From positions 1,116,001 to 1,180,000 of the forward strand of contig JBHGNT010000004.1 in assembly GCA_043228905.1 (NCBI GenBank): a DNA stretch of 64,000 nt. The letters run 5' to 3'. The DNA is from Azolla caroliniana (lineage: Eukaryota; Plantae; Polypodiophyta). Positions within the stretch are counted from its first letter, which is position 1. The number at the start of each line of letters is the position of its first letter. Below the pieces are notes generated by a model that worked only from the letters and a program-made list of their open reading frames with translations, was not told the origin of the DNA and did not search any database. This document shows positions 1 to 12,800 of the stretch, piece after piece. The position numbers and the translations under genes are program-made.

Positions 1-136
1 GCTTCGTATACACTACTAAATCACAGATATGTCAGTACATGCCTTGTGAAAGCTTAATGAGCTCTATTTGCAAGGAAAAAGTTCCATTGCTTTTCTAGTT
101 GAGACATTATTATAACATTTTTCTCTATGTTTCCAG

Positions 137-2052
137 GTTTTACATATCTGGATTGATCGGCAAGTTATGGAAGAGTCAGTTTTACGCCGGTATGTGGATG
201 AGTTTGAGTGTCAGAAGATTGACAACAAGGCATGCAGCATCTCACTTAGAAAGCCCACACGCTTTGAACGCGCTGTAGATGACCCGATCAGGGAGATGGA
301 AGGAATGTGTGTTGATGAGTATGGAAGGTGAGAAAGAGGAAGAGTTTAAAGAGTTTCTGAAGCATAAGTAGATGTGTCATATTCGTTATCATCTGGAATT
401 GAAATCCTAATAATAACGTTATCTTAACAGCAATGCAGCTTTTGGGCTGAATGGGTTCCTTAGCTCTTGCATGTTCGAGGATGATGTTGATTCTCCTGGT
501 ATTATAAAACAGGGTGGAGGTTTCTTGTCGACTACAACAACTATTGAAGTAGTAGAGAAGCCTCTGGAAGGGACTCCTGATAAACACAGACATATTTTGG
601 AAGATGTTGAGGGTGAACTAGAGATGGAGGATGCATGTCCTGAGTCAATTGTAAGAATAGATTCTTTTCAAGAAAGAGAATCAATTCATGATGATTTACA
701 TCTTCCACCACTTCCTCCTGATGATCCACCCTCATCACCTCCACCATTACCCTCATCACCACCACCGCCACTGCCACCATCTCCTCCACCGACATCTCCA
801 TTATCTCCACCACCACCGCCACCACCATCACTACTGCCGCCATATTCTTCGTTTGTTGTGCATTCATCAGGTCACTCATTCGGAAATTTAACCCCTTCTG
901 AACTCTCACCTACGATGGAAGCACCTAGCTTTGTTAATAATTTAGTGTGTAGAGAACAAGAAAATGCTATGTCTATAATGGGAAACTATAATGGTCACAG
1001 TGTAACTGATGATGAGGCATATATGCTCAAGTTTCATCATCAGCAATTTCACCCTGTGCAAAACCCCTTGCCATTGCATAAGAATCCTTCACATAACTCT
1101 CCAGTACAGAGAGGAACATATGTTTCTCAATTTCATAATTCTAATTCTGGTTTGCACAATATATCAGAAACTCACCAGACTCATCATGGAACTGTATACT
1201 ATCAACCACCCTATTCACAGGTCCCTTTACAACCTTCTATATCTCCCAGGATACTTCGTTATGGGAACCCAAAATCTATGCAGGATTATTCTTCCCTTTC
1301 TACCGAGGGAGGTAACAGATTGTTGCATGTAAAACATGGTCATCGTCATCCATATAATGACCTTAGCAGTGAAAGGCTTGAGGGGAATATTTCGCCTGAT
1401 AGAGGTAAAGTTTATCATATTATGATTTTGTTATATTGAATCTCTCAATTAACCATTGTTAACAAACAAAAATTCCTAAAATTTCTCAGAGCAACCCCTG
1501 AAAGTGTTATATGAGCAACTGTATGAGAAATCTCCTTTTTGTGAACTTATGTGCTATTTGAGCAATTGAATGTTTAATTCATCCTCTTTCTTTCTCTTTC
1601 ATGCATTGACCAACGATGTTTGGCGGAGTAATAGAACTTCAGGGACATTCAGAGAAATAAGGAAAACTCAGGCATTTCAGAGTCTTTACCTAGACTATTT
1701 GTATTTATGGATTTTGGGCTTGTGCTGGTGCAGGACAAAATCATGATACAATGCATCACAACTGGAGGAACCATTCACATGGGAAAACTTTGGGTATGCA
1801 GCAGTCAGAATCTGTAATAGCAGTAGGAAGACCTATGGCATTAGTAGGAAACAATGAAAATCCAAATGCAATATATTCAACAAACAAACAAGGAATAGGT
1901 GGGGGTTCAATTGTTAGTGTGACAAGTAAGTTGACATGATCATTGTCTCACTTACGGAAAATATTTTATCTATTCGGTGGTTCTAATTGAAATGTATCTT
2001 TGTAGCAAATCAAGCCAGACATGATGTCACAACAACAAAATGGAGGCTGTGA
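137..2052 (+). CDS. HUA2: 3' portion of HUA2/HULK-like (PWWP-CID, proline-rich) nuclear protein; 5' end lies upstream of the window
   Basis: Exons 137-327, 431-1404, 1734-1898, 2006-2052 are all GT-AG and frame-consistent. Translation VLHIWIDRQVMEESVLRRY...RFERAVDDPIREMEGMCVDEYGS/NAAF...HRHILEDVEGELEMED, then a PPLP-rich tract and a terminal KWRL*, matches HUA2-family motifs. The last two exons are less certain. Confidence 0.82.
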
Positions 2053-2816
2053 CATAGACAACATACTTAGATGAGGTGAAATTATGGAAGCAATAGTTTT
2101 TACTTCAAAATTGACTCCATATTTATGTTCTTTCCTATTTGGATGGCTTCAGTACTTAATTGACAAGGAAAATTCAATTCATGCTCTGCTGATGGACACT
2201 ACAAATTCATACCAAGTTCCTCAAAGAAATCTAGATTCTGGATTCTTGAGACGTTGTACAAATTGTACTCTGAGTATGCCATTGCAGATGTATACATTCA
2301 AGTATGCTCTCTCATCGAGGTCAGTGCTCTCAGCTGTTTCATGTCTAATTGATCTGAAATAGATACCGTGGAATAAAGGCTACTCTAGCGATTTTCATTC
2401 TTCCACGTGTATATTACTGTGTATATCCATCGGGTGCGCGATTCCGCCAAGAGTTAAAGATAAATCATCCTTGAATGAATCTCGTAATTCTGTTAAGTTT
2501 TCAGGTCAACCCTTTGTTATTTTGACGCAATGCAGTATAGCAGCATAAAGAAGAAGAAACCAAGAGAATGAATAATTAAATGAATATGTGCACTTGGGGA
2601 TGGATTGCTGATAAACGGTGAGTACATTCAAACTCTGTCCTTCGAGAGAAACTTAATTCAAACCCCACTTACACCTGGACATTTTAGCCAAATTTAGGTA
2701 GTCATGAAATGATATATAAGTAGTAAATAGTTTGTATCCTTGAGGTTTAAGGTAATTTCCTTGTATCATACAAAATAAAGCCAACATTTCTGTAGCTAAA
2801 ATCAAATTGATCAAAG

Positions 2817-3138
2817 CATAGTTGTAGAATACCTAGCGTACAATGCACATAGAACACATATGCTAAGTATTCTAAACTACGTATTCTACAGAGAAAATAT
2901 GTTAAATACGTAGAATACAAGTAAACTACATTAAATACTTCTTAAAAATAAAGGTTTGAAAAAACTTTATTATTATTTATTTTTAAAATTGTTTTTAACG
3001 TTTTTGGAAATGTCAAATACTTGCTAAATATGTCGAATATTTAAATACATGAAATATTTTAAAATGGCAGTTCTAAAACGTAGAATACACGTTTTAGACA
3101 TACTCTAAACGTAAAATACGCATTTTTTAACAACTATG
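2817..3138. mobile_element. Non-autonomous hAT-type MITE
   Basis: Ends CATAGTTGT...ACAACTATG, imperfect 8-bp TSD gatcaaag/ggttaaag, internal repeated (a)aatacgtagaatac motifs. Confidence 0.6.
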
Positions 3139-5429
3139 GGTTAAAGTTCCAAATATGGATGAAATATTGATACCTTACTTTTATCGGTCTTTTTGATGAA
3201 GAATTGGAGCCATGATAATAACATATTCACAAAAGGACAGCTGTAAATTGTGTTGAGATGTTCTTGTGGAAATTTTTTCATGTCAAGATGTGGAAAACGT
3301 CGTAGAGGAAGAAAATGCACTGAGAGCAATAAATGAATACTTTCTAGTGGAAGATTATAGAGAATTAGGGATGGAAATTCATAAGGTATTAAATATTTGA
3401 TAATGTCCATGGGAGACTGAAATATGATCTATGGGTGAAAGAACCTAAAGGAGAAAAAAGTAGTGAGCATCTAAATGGAGACTTTTTTAGTGAAAGACTC
3501 GAGAATAAACGACGACGAATTTACCTGAGAAAAGGTATTTGCGAAATTCACTTGGAAAGGAGTGGGGAAACAATGCTTCAGTTAATTAAATATCGAACTT
3601 TCATGTGAAAATAGTTTGAAGAAATGGGGTGAAGGAATGGTTAAAAAGTAAAGAAACATATAATCTGACCAAGGTTTTAAACATCTTAGTTACGATTACC
3701 AATGTCACGGGGATACATGATTGGATTATGGTACATTGGCCTTTTAGATATCAGAAAGACTGAATGTAAAACTATAGGAGGTTTATGACATGAATAAGTA
3801 TGGCATAAAGAGCAAAAGTTCTGAAGACTAAAAATCTATTGTCTCTTTTTAAGCCATTAGCTTTGGCATTCCTCTTAATTCTTTCCTCAGGTGGTCCTCT
3901 TAGTGAACATTTATTTATTAAACATTCCTCTTAGAGGAGGCATGAGTTGGGTTAAAACTCTAGACACGTATGGCTTACAAACGAGGATGAAATAATACCT
4001 CTTTAGTAACCTGGCAATCAATTCATACCTTAATTGGTTTTATTTCTGAGAATTGAAACATGACAAAACATGAGCTTGAAATTCTCATATACTGCCAAAT
4101 AGTTGATTTGAAACGATCTTACAATTCATGGAACTAGAAATGAAACATGACAAAACTATAGGACAAACAATACATTTTCTGACATGTAAGAAACTGTCCT
4201 ATGTAAGTGTGGAAAAGAATTGTGGCACTTAAATTCCAATTCTTGTATAAAGATTGGAAGCAATTCCATAAAGACCAAACGTCATCTCTAGATATATAAT
4301 AATGTGCTACCTAAAGAGAAAGGGTACACTATATGTTCTTAGCAAAATTCATGAGGTAAAATACTAAGTTCATTAAGTTTTCTGATAGTATGCAAGACTT
4401 TAATCTGTCATTTTATTGGCCTAGCTTTGGTTCTTTATCCAGATGGTTGGCTCGTCTTAGAAACGTTTTGTTTTCATTTAATGCAAGAAAATCTCTAATC
4501 TAAATTACCCTCAAGTTTGGATGTAGTGTATCATTGACATTATCTCAAGGTTTTGAACTTGATGTTTTTGTGAGTTAATTAAACCTATGAAAAGTTAAAA
4601 AACACTAACCTCGATTTCAAGATAATTTGCAAGACGTTCACCCATATGCAAAGAAGATTATATTGCAACACAATGAAACCAAGGGCTTATGAAAAACCAA
4701 TAGTAAATATTTTTGTGCATGCATCTTATGTTATTGGGGATCTTTCCATCGGCCTAAGTCGTTAAAAAGTTCTAACATTGCTAGCTTGGCTTTGAGAATG
4801 GTAAACTATTCCCAAACAGAAAACATATTTATTGTGCTTGTTCTAAATACTTACGCAAACAACTAACACGATTATTTATCAAATAGTTAGACAAAGTGCA
4901 CAAGTTACCATAGTAGATTTCTACTATGGTTGAGTGTTTTATGATACAAGTAAATTTTTTTGTATTCTTATTTATGGGGTTAAAAATAGATTAAAACCAC
5001 CACCACATTGCATTTAACATATATATAAGAGATGTTTACTTTCACTGTAGATGGACATTGATTGTAATACCAATAAGACGATATCATGGAGCCCTTTTAA
5101 AATAATCCTAGGGTTTTCTTCACATGTATGTCTTCTGGATACATGCACATCATAACACTTCACCAATTACAGGTGGTGGGCAACTAAAGCAAGTGTTCGT
5201 GTAGAACACGATCTCCAGTCACATCCAAGGGTATGATTGTCAATTGAAAATAATATAATTAATTCATATTTTCAATGGCAATAATAATAGATCATGAATA
5301 TGCTAATGTATTTACCTTGAAAATTAAAAGAGGTTTTCTACTACATAGGGGAAATCAGCCGTGTTGATGAAAATGATTTGTATACTATGTAGAAAGGATT
5401 GTAAGTCGATAGCTAGAAGTGGTTGCATT

Positions 5430-5920
5430 AAATAATGAGTAATAGGCAGCTTATGTCGCAAAAGCAATGCACATGTCTGATTGGATTGTTATACCTCCAG
5501 AACCATTCTAAATGTGGGGCCTCGATATTGTTAGCCCTTTTTAAACCCACAATGGCTTATTTAGGTAGCCAATGTCATGGTTGTGACTATTATTCTAGCC
5601 GGTGGACCAAACTTGAACTACTTCAAAAGGGCACAAAAACTTTGTGGCACAAAATTTACACGATAGTATATACTTTCATGTAGGTGCCTAATCATGTTGG
5701 TTAGTGATTACGACAACCAATTTATCAATGAACTCATTTGAGACAACCGTATGTCATGGTTCACAAGTGCAACATGGCAAATTATCCACAAGCCAATGAG
5801 CTAGCTTAGTATGCTAACAAAATGATTCAAACCATTTTGAAGAAATTTGTTAATTATTGTGACCAACAATTGCATTTTGTGATATGGCATATTAAACAAG
5901 TTACAAAACAAACATCTTGG
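5430..5920 (+). mobile_element. Highly degraded Ty3/Gypsy integrase remnant
   Basis: Frameshifted motifs: PEPF*MWGLDIV, YYSSRW, VSDYDNQFINE, YPQANELA*YANKMIQTILKK, resembling the rve integrase core. Boundaries approximate. Confidence 0.5.
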
Positions 5921-6499
5921 TAATGTTGTTCCACTTAATAGCTACTCATACTACAAGTGATCACACTAGTGTATTCTAGGTATTCAATGTTTCCTGCCAA
6001 GTAAAACAATTCTTAGATAATGGCATATCTTGACACAAATGAAAAGTTCAAATCCTCAAGCTAGTGAATGGTAATCTAGGTATGAAGTGGCATGATGGAT
6101 GATACCAAAATAGCAAGACCAAGCCATCAATTTGGGTCTTCATGTTTGCTTTCCTCCACACTAGAAAATGGTTTTTATACGAGAGCCCTTACTTTTTATA
6201 CAATTTGGTCCATTGCATGTTATAAGCCCATTTCACTTTAGCTATTGTCATCTAATACAGGGCATTTGCCCACAAATTATAATGCAAACATATTTTTTGT
6301 ATAGAATGCGAACCAAATGGGGCACCCTAAGCCTTCTTTTATTCTTTTATACGACATACATGATTTGTTTTACATTATAACCACATTGAGCATTAGCCAT
6401 TACTATCTAATCAAGGGCACTTCCCACAAATTACAATGCAAGCATGTTTGCTTAATACATTAGATTAGATTACACCATATAGTGATCCCTTAAAACCAA

Positions 6500-7450
6500 C
6501 AACCTTGATAACACATCCTTGCCCTACCAACAATAACCTTGCTAACATCTAGGAAACCATGAAATTGCAATCAAGTATACACAACAAGCAATCATTTTTC
6601 TATGCCAAACACAACTAGCCCTCACTAAGGCTCTCCACAAGATGTGTCAAACAAGGCCTTGCCATCTGTGACCATTGCTTTAACTCTTTAAATTTTAAGC
6701 ATGTGTGGGTCAACAAGTATGTAGACAATATTGTCTCTTCTAGGTTCAAATAAAAATAAGGGTACTTCACCAATCCTGTTGTAACTTGCATAAATCCCAC
6801 TATATTATTTGACTATAGTGTAATTTGCTTCTACACTAGGTAATTGTACAAGTTCACCAAGCACTTGTCATTCATGGTCAATACCATTACTAATGCTTGA
6901 GTATCCATATTTTTCATATCTATTTCAATCCAATCCTTCCATTCCTCATTTACAAGAATGTCAACAATGTTCAAGTAGTGCAATAATGCCAATCATAGAC
7001 AAGCCATCATGCAACCTTAAAACCAATATTTTACCTTCAAAACCTTGGGACGTAATACATTAAAGCATTATTGACAAAACGATTGTTCATATGAACATAA
7101 TGAACGTTTACATGCAAGAGCATCAATATAGTTGCAAATCCCTCCCATGAAGGAAGAGTTCATAAAATTCAAATTACAATTATTCAAGGCATAAAAAGTA
7201 ACTTAGCTAACATGAGTAATATTAGTATTATTGTTCATAGCGAGGACATCACATACACATGCATGTGAATCCAACGCGTCTCGTTGACCCATAATGTAAG
7301 ATATGTAAAATGTGAGAGTGAGAAAGTCTACACGTTTCAAACGGTGTTCCAAGTCAATAGCTATTGCCATTAGAATAAATTGAGTTGACAAATGGAATTA
7401 TGATCTAAATGTGGGAATAAGTGCATATCTATTTGATGCATAGTATACTC
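6500..7450 (-). mobile_element. Possible degraded LINE reverse transcriptase remnant
   Basis: Minus-strand AIAIDLEHRLKRVDFLTL resembles the LDxxKAFDxVxW motif and VGQGCVI resembles RQGCPLS. Very decayed. Confidence 0.3.
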
Positions 7451-8671
7451 TATAAATCATGTTCTAAAGTGAATTGATTGGAAAGCTTTTTTATATTGTG
7501 CAAATACATCAATATTACACAATAACATATTTAATACAAGACAATGAATAAAAAAAATCAAAATAACATACACTTAAGCTTGATGAAACAAAGAGAAAAA
7601 GCATAAACTAATTTACAAGACAATTCAATGCAACAAGACCTATGTCTTTTAAGGTCAATAGGCTAACCAAGTATGTATGTCTTCTAAGGTTCTCAACTAT
7701 TTTAGAAACAATTACTTGGACAACCTACCATATTTATTACACCTCTTCCTAATTTTCACATGTGTGGGTTTGTTAGTGCTTGTTCAAACCGAGCACTCCC
7801 TCTTAGGTGTCATCCAATTCAATTTGGAATTTACTTTATCTTTCATAGTACATACAATGAACTCCAACACTATCTTACTCAATTATCATTCCGCCTAGTT
7901 GGTGTTCTATATTTTCTAAGGTTCTCTACTATTTATAAACGATTACTTGGACAATAATTACTCTACATACCATAATTAATACACCTCATCATGGTAATCC
8001 ACTTTGGTAGGTTTTGTCTTGGGAAGAGAGATTATTGAAAGAGAGTGCAATCTTGAATACAATTCAACCTAAAATTGGAATGATGATTATTTCTATCTTT
8101 GGAGGATGCCTATTGGAGACACTAGGCTGAGCAATGAGGCATCACTATACAAAATCTACTAAATCGATTAGAGATGGACAAACGCACTACATAATTTGTT
8201 ACAATGAATTTGCGGGAATATCTAAAGTTTGATTGCGTTATATTGTGTGTAAAGGTAGCAATCCTTTATTTGTTTTAGCCGGCAATGTCTCTCTTCTTAG
8301 TTATAATGTTGGATTACTTGTGATGGCCCACTAAGTTTCTTCCACAAAAGCCATTTGAATTAGTCCAAAGTACTAATAGTTAATTTAATTATTTGTGTTC
8401 CACATTCTTGTTTGTTATCATTCATGAACACGTTGCCCAAATTTCACGTTTTGTGCATTACAATTGAGTGACTTAATCTTTGACATATGATGCTTAATCG
8501 TTGGAATATAGCACATGATCCAAATAATAGGATATGTATGTCAGTAGAGGATTGAATGCGACCTATGGGACTGGCTTGGGCCTACAATGCTACAGTTTTG
8601 AGCCACCAAGCATGGATGGAATAAATAAATAGATTTTTATTGTTGCCCTTGGAGGTTAGATACAACCTATG

Positions 8672-8672
<1 letters not shown>

Positions 8673-8717
<45 letters not shown>
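8673..8717. repeat. (GA)n microsatellite
   Basis: Direct reading of the sequence. Confidence 0.9.
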
Positions 8718-8721
<4 letters not shown>

Positions 8722-9295
8722 TGGTGTCCATAGAGAGGCCATATATTGACCCATAGGTAAATATTGGCCTCAAAAGTAAAATTGGGCAGTATGTGTAGAG
8801 TTACGCAACAACTCTCCATGGCCAAGAATTTTATACGAATGAATATTGTGTTTGCGGTGTGCACATTGTGGCTGTGAGAGAAATACGTCTCGGAGCCGAA
8901 CAAGCTTGATGACAATGTTGTAGGAACTCATAACTCTGAAGTGTTGGGTTGCATGGGAGTGCGATAGAGGGTCTTTTTTGCGTGATAGTGACTGTATGGA
9001 ATGGGCAGTGGAATGGACGGCCCATTCCATACGGTCGAGTTTCGTAGCCCGGGGGTGTCCAAGCGAAGGGTCTCGTTGTCCGAGCTCTCATCTCACAATC
9101 GGAAAGGGTGGTGCGGAGCAAGTTCGCGAAGTCAATGTCAAGTCACATATCTCTCTCAAGCTTTTGGAATTTACTCCCCATAACAAAAGCCTTTCTTACT
9201 TCTTATTTCTTATTCCTTTTTTTTTCTTTTTATTTTCGCTCCCAAAACGAAGCTTGCGTCTTGAGGAAATTGGTGAAGTGTGTGTGTGCCAGAGT

Positions 9296-9603
9296 CCACG
9301 TGGCAGGGCTCCCAGCCAGGCAAATCGGGGGGGGGGGGGGGGGAGGCAATAGCCACCTGGACACTGACGTGGACTCCGACGTGGCAGGAGGGCGAGCCCG
9401 GTGGCCTGCCCAAACGTTATCCACGCATCCATCCACGTGGCGGCGCACGATTGGCCAAGGTCCTCCTCTCATTGGCTCACCCCTCGATGTTCATCCACAA
9501 CGTTTTCGCGATACTCTCCCTCCTTCTCTGTTGTGTCCCCCCCTCCCCCTCCCTCTCAAGCCTCTGCACTTTCTCACCCTAAAACCCTAACCCTAACCCT
9601 AAT
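9296..9603 (+). promoter_or_regulatory. CAO promoter with G-box/ACGT cluster, reverse CCAAT boxes and telo-box repeats
   Basis: CCACGTGGC at 9296 and 9433, TGACGTGG at 9365, GACGTGGC at 9378, ATTGG at 9450 and 9471, TTATCC near 9417, AAACCCTAACCCTAACCCTAA near 9582-9602. Confidence 0.6.
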
Positions 9604-9851
9604 CGCTCATCCTATCTCCATTTTCTGGACACCCTACTCTGCTGTGAGCAAAACCCACCAATTTTGTTTCGCCCATATTCTTATGGGCAGGGGCAGAAAT
9701 GGTTCCCTCGTCAAACGCCCTTAGTACTGGCCCCGAAACCCTAAAACATTAGCCTCCTTAGAAACCCGAACAATTCCTTATCTTTGTTTTTGCTTCATCT
9801 TAATCATTTTTTCCAGAGAGATGAAATCTTGGTTTTTGTCTTTGATCTAAG

Positions 9852-12800
9852 ATGGCCCCTGCTCTTGCAGGGACTCCATTGAAGCTTCATCATTCTCCTC
9901 TCTGTTTAAGTGAAGTGAATTCTTTCATGAAAACAGTGATTTTCTCTGCAGATTATTCACCAAGGTTTTCTCGAACAGACTGGAATTTAGTTGACAAGGC
10001 AGAAGGAACCACATGCCCTTCCACCTCTCTCTCTGTTCTCAACACAAATGCTTATAGCGAACTCCGTTTGCATAAACGGGACGGATTGTATGGAAAAAAG
10101 AAGACTAAACATAGAAGCAACAAGAATAGAATAAATGACATATATATTACTTCTATTTCTAGGAACGATTCTGCCATTTCTAGTGATGATGGCTCAGAGC
10201 ATTATCATTGTGATCTGACAAAGGAAAGATGGTTGAACGTGCAAGATCCAAGGGTTAGAGAACCTCCATGGAAAGGAAGGACATTTGAAGCAATTCAAGC
10301 GTGGGATGTTCTTCGACATGATATTGAGTTTTGTAGTTGGAAAGCTCGACAAGATGTGCTTACCATGAAGGCTTTACATGATAAGGTACCTTGACGTTGA
10401 AGTTTTAAGAGAGCATTGCACCCATTGCTACGATTAGGAAATGATTAATACTATTATAGCATTACCTGGTTTTCTATGATTAGGAATATATGATCAATCA
10501 TACTATTGCAATATACCATACTTTGCTATGATTAGGAATGTAGGATCACTCATACTATTATATATTATAGGCACATGCTTTTGCTATGATTGAGCCTGGA
10601 TCAATACTATTATAGAATTACCTGGTTTTCTATGATTAGGAATTTATGATCAATCACACTATTGCAGTATTCCATTCTTTGCTATGATTAGGAATATAGG
10701 ATCACTCATACTAGGGATGAACTTTTAAGAGATTATTGGCACATTCTTTTCCTATGATTGGGCCTGCTTGATGATTTATACACCTCTTCACTGAATTGCA
10801 TCTCTTTGTGTGCTTACACATGCAGATAAATGTTGTGCATACTTGCTTGATTGGGAATATTATCATCAGTCATTTTTAGGTTCACTGAATTGGGATTGTA
10901 TAAGAAATCCGGATCCCTATCTCCCAGGGCAAAAATCTGGATAAGAAAACATGTTTAGTATGCTTGCTTTATTATGATCGCATACAATGTTACGAATTTT
11001 GCCATCAGAAGAGGTATAGAAATAAGGGAAATTTCAGAAATATGCTTACAAGACCTTACTCACTAACTATGAATAAGATACGGTCCATTATTTGAATAAC
11101 GTATTATTGTAAGCATGCCTCATAAGAATGCTTTTATCACAGCACCAGGATGCATATAATTCTTTCATTCCGTTATAATGCAGAACATGTAACAAAAGTC
11201 CTTTGCAAATCTTGCCTGAATTAATGAGTTTGTACCACAACCTCAAGATTTTCTGAGCAGTTTTTTTCAATTTGAAGTGAGAATATCCCACTGCTAGGTC
11301 TTCCAAAATTTTAGATTTTTTAGTGCCAATTCTACAATTAATTTAGTTATTTATAGGGATGTTGTCCCTCGATGCTTATTATGAGCATACATATGACTGT
11401 ATCAATAAGGGTTAGTAAACTTTAGCATAGAGAGTTTCAGTTGGTGTGGGAGATGCTCATATAATGTGGAAAAGTAAATCTTACTGTTTGGATCCTTATA
11501 GGGAGGCTGTGACCCAACTCTGCTCTTAGTACTGTATGTTACATATATAATTGTCACGATGAAGAAGAGCATGACATACAGTTTAGTTATATTCCATGTA
11601 TGAAACCCCAAACTAGAATTTGAGAAAAAGGCGTATACAGGTTGTTGATGTGCTGAATCCAATAGCAAGAGATTTGAAGTCTGTGAAAACTTTACGCGAG
11701 GAATTAGCGGAGCTGCAAAAGAGTCTCGCAAAGGCCCATGAACAGGTATTATGAGTACATTAATATGTATACATTTCATGAACTCTATACCCTCAACTCC
11801 CAAAAGATATCATTGGTGGTTATGATAAAACTTAAAGAAGTATGTACTGTGTTTGTATGCATCTTTCATGCATGTATATTGCGTTTTGATGTGGTATCTG
11901 TTCATCTGTTCCAGGTTCACCTCTCAGAATCCAGGGTTTCCCATGCATTACAAAAGCTTTCCGATATGGAAGCTGTGGTAAACAACATGCTTTTACAAGA
12001 TCCTCAAGAAGTTGAAAAGAGAAAAGAGGCTGGAACTACTACAGCTGCATCCAATACTCCTCAGAGGACAACTCAAGGATTGATGGTTGCAGGGCCCGTA
12101 AAGAAATATGCACCTGCCCTCAAGAACTTTTGGTATCCAGTTGCATTTACAGATAATATCAAGTCAGACACTATGGTAATGTAATATTGGCGTGGTCAGA
12201 TTTCCTATTGTCAATATCTACAAGCTTGTTATGAAGAATGCATAAGCTTATATGATCACCAGAAAATCTAGCTAAAGTAACCATGGTGTGGATGCTTAGC
12301 TTAGGGCATATATGTGTGTGTAAAGGGATTGTTACCCACGTGTCATCAGAAGCATAATGATCCAAGCCTATGTTTCCTATGTGTAGGTTCCATTTGAATG
12401 CTTTGAAGAGCCATGGGTGTTGTTCCGTGGCCCAGATGGGCGGGCAGGTTGTGTTCGAAACTCGTGTGCACACAGAGCGTGTCCCCTACATCTTGGAGCC
12501 GTAAAGGATGGGAGAATCCAGTGTCCTTACCATGGTAAGATGCTACTAAAAATTGCAACATTTTTTGTATCACTTGTGAAATAGGCTCATGTTTTGCATC
12601 GTGTTATGTCGATATAACATACTGTTTATCCTTTACCAAAAGGTTGGGAGTATTCCACCAATGGGACTTGTGAGAAAATGCCCTCTACCAAGCCAGTGAA
12701 TGTAAGTATACAAGCATTACCATGTATTGAACATGAAGATATGGTATGGATATGGCCTGGGGATGGTGTTCCAGATGCAGAGTTACCATCATTGGAGGCT

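Noticed and set aside
8905-8942. SECIS element or complete box C/D snoRNA
   Set aside because: Only 23 nt between boxes, not in a 3'UTR, and land plants lack the selenoprotein machinery. Kept only as a supporting motif.
9040-9065. RNase MRP RNA (minus-strand CCCCGGGCTAC)
   Set aside because: The preceding GAAAGT and the 3' conserved GGGGCTTA element are absent, and there is no clear USE/TATA promoter.
8582-9724. Many overlapping 60-160 aa ORFs upstream of CAO
   Set aside because: By-product of GC-rich promoter and microsatellite sequence; no recognisable domains.
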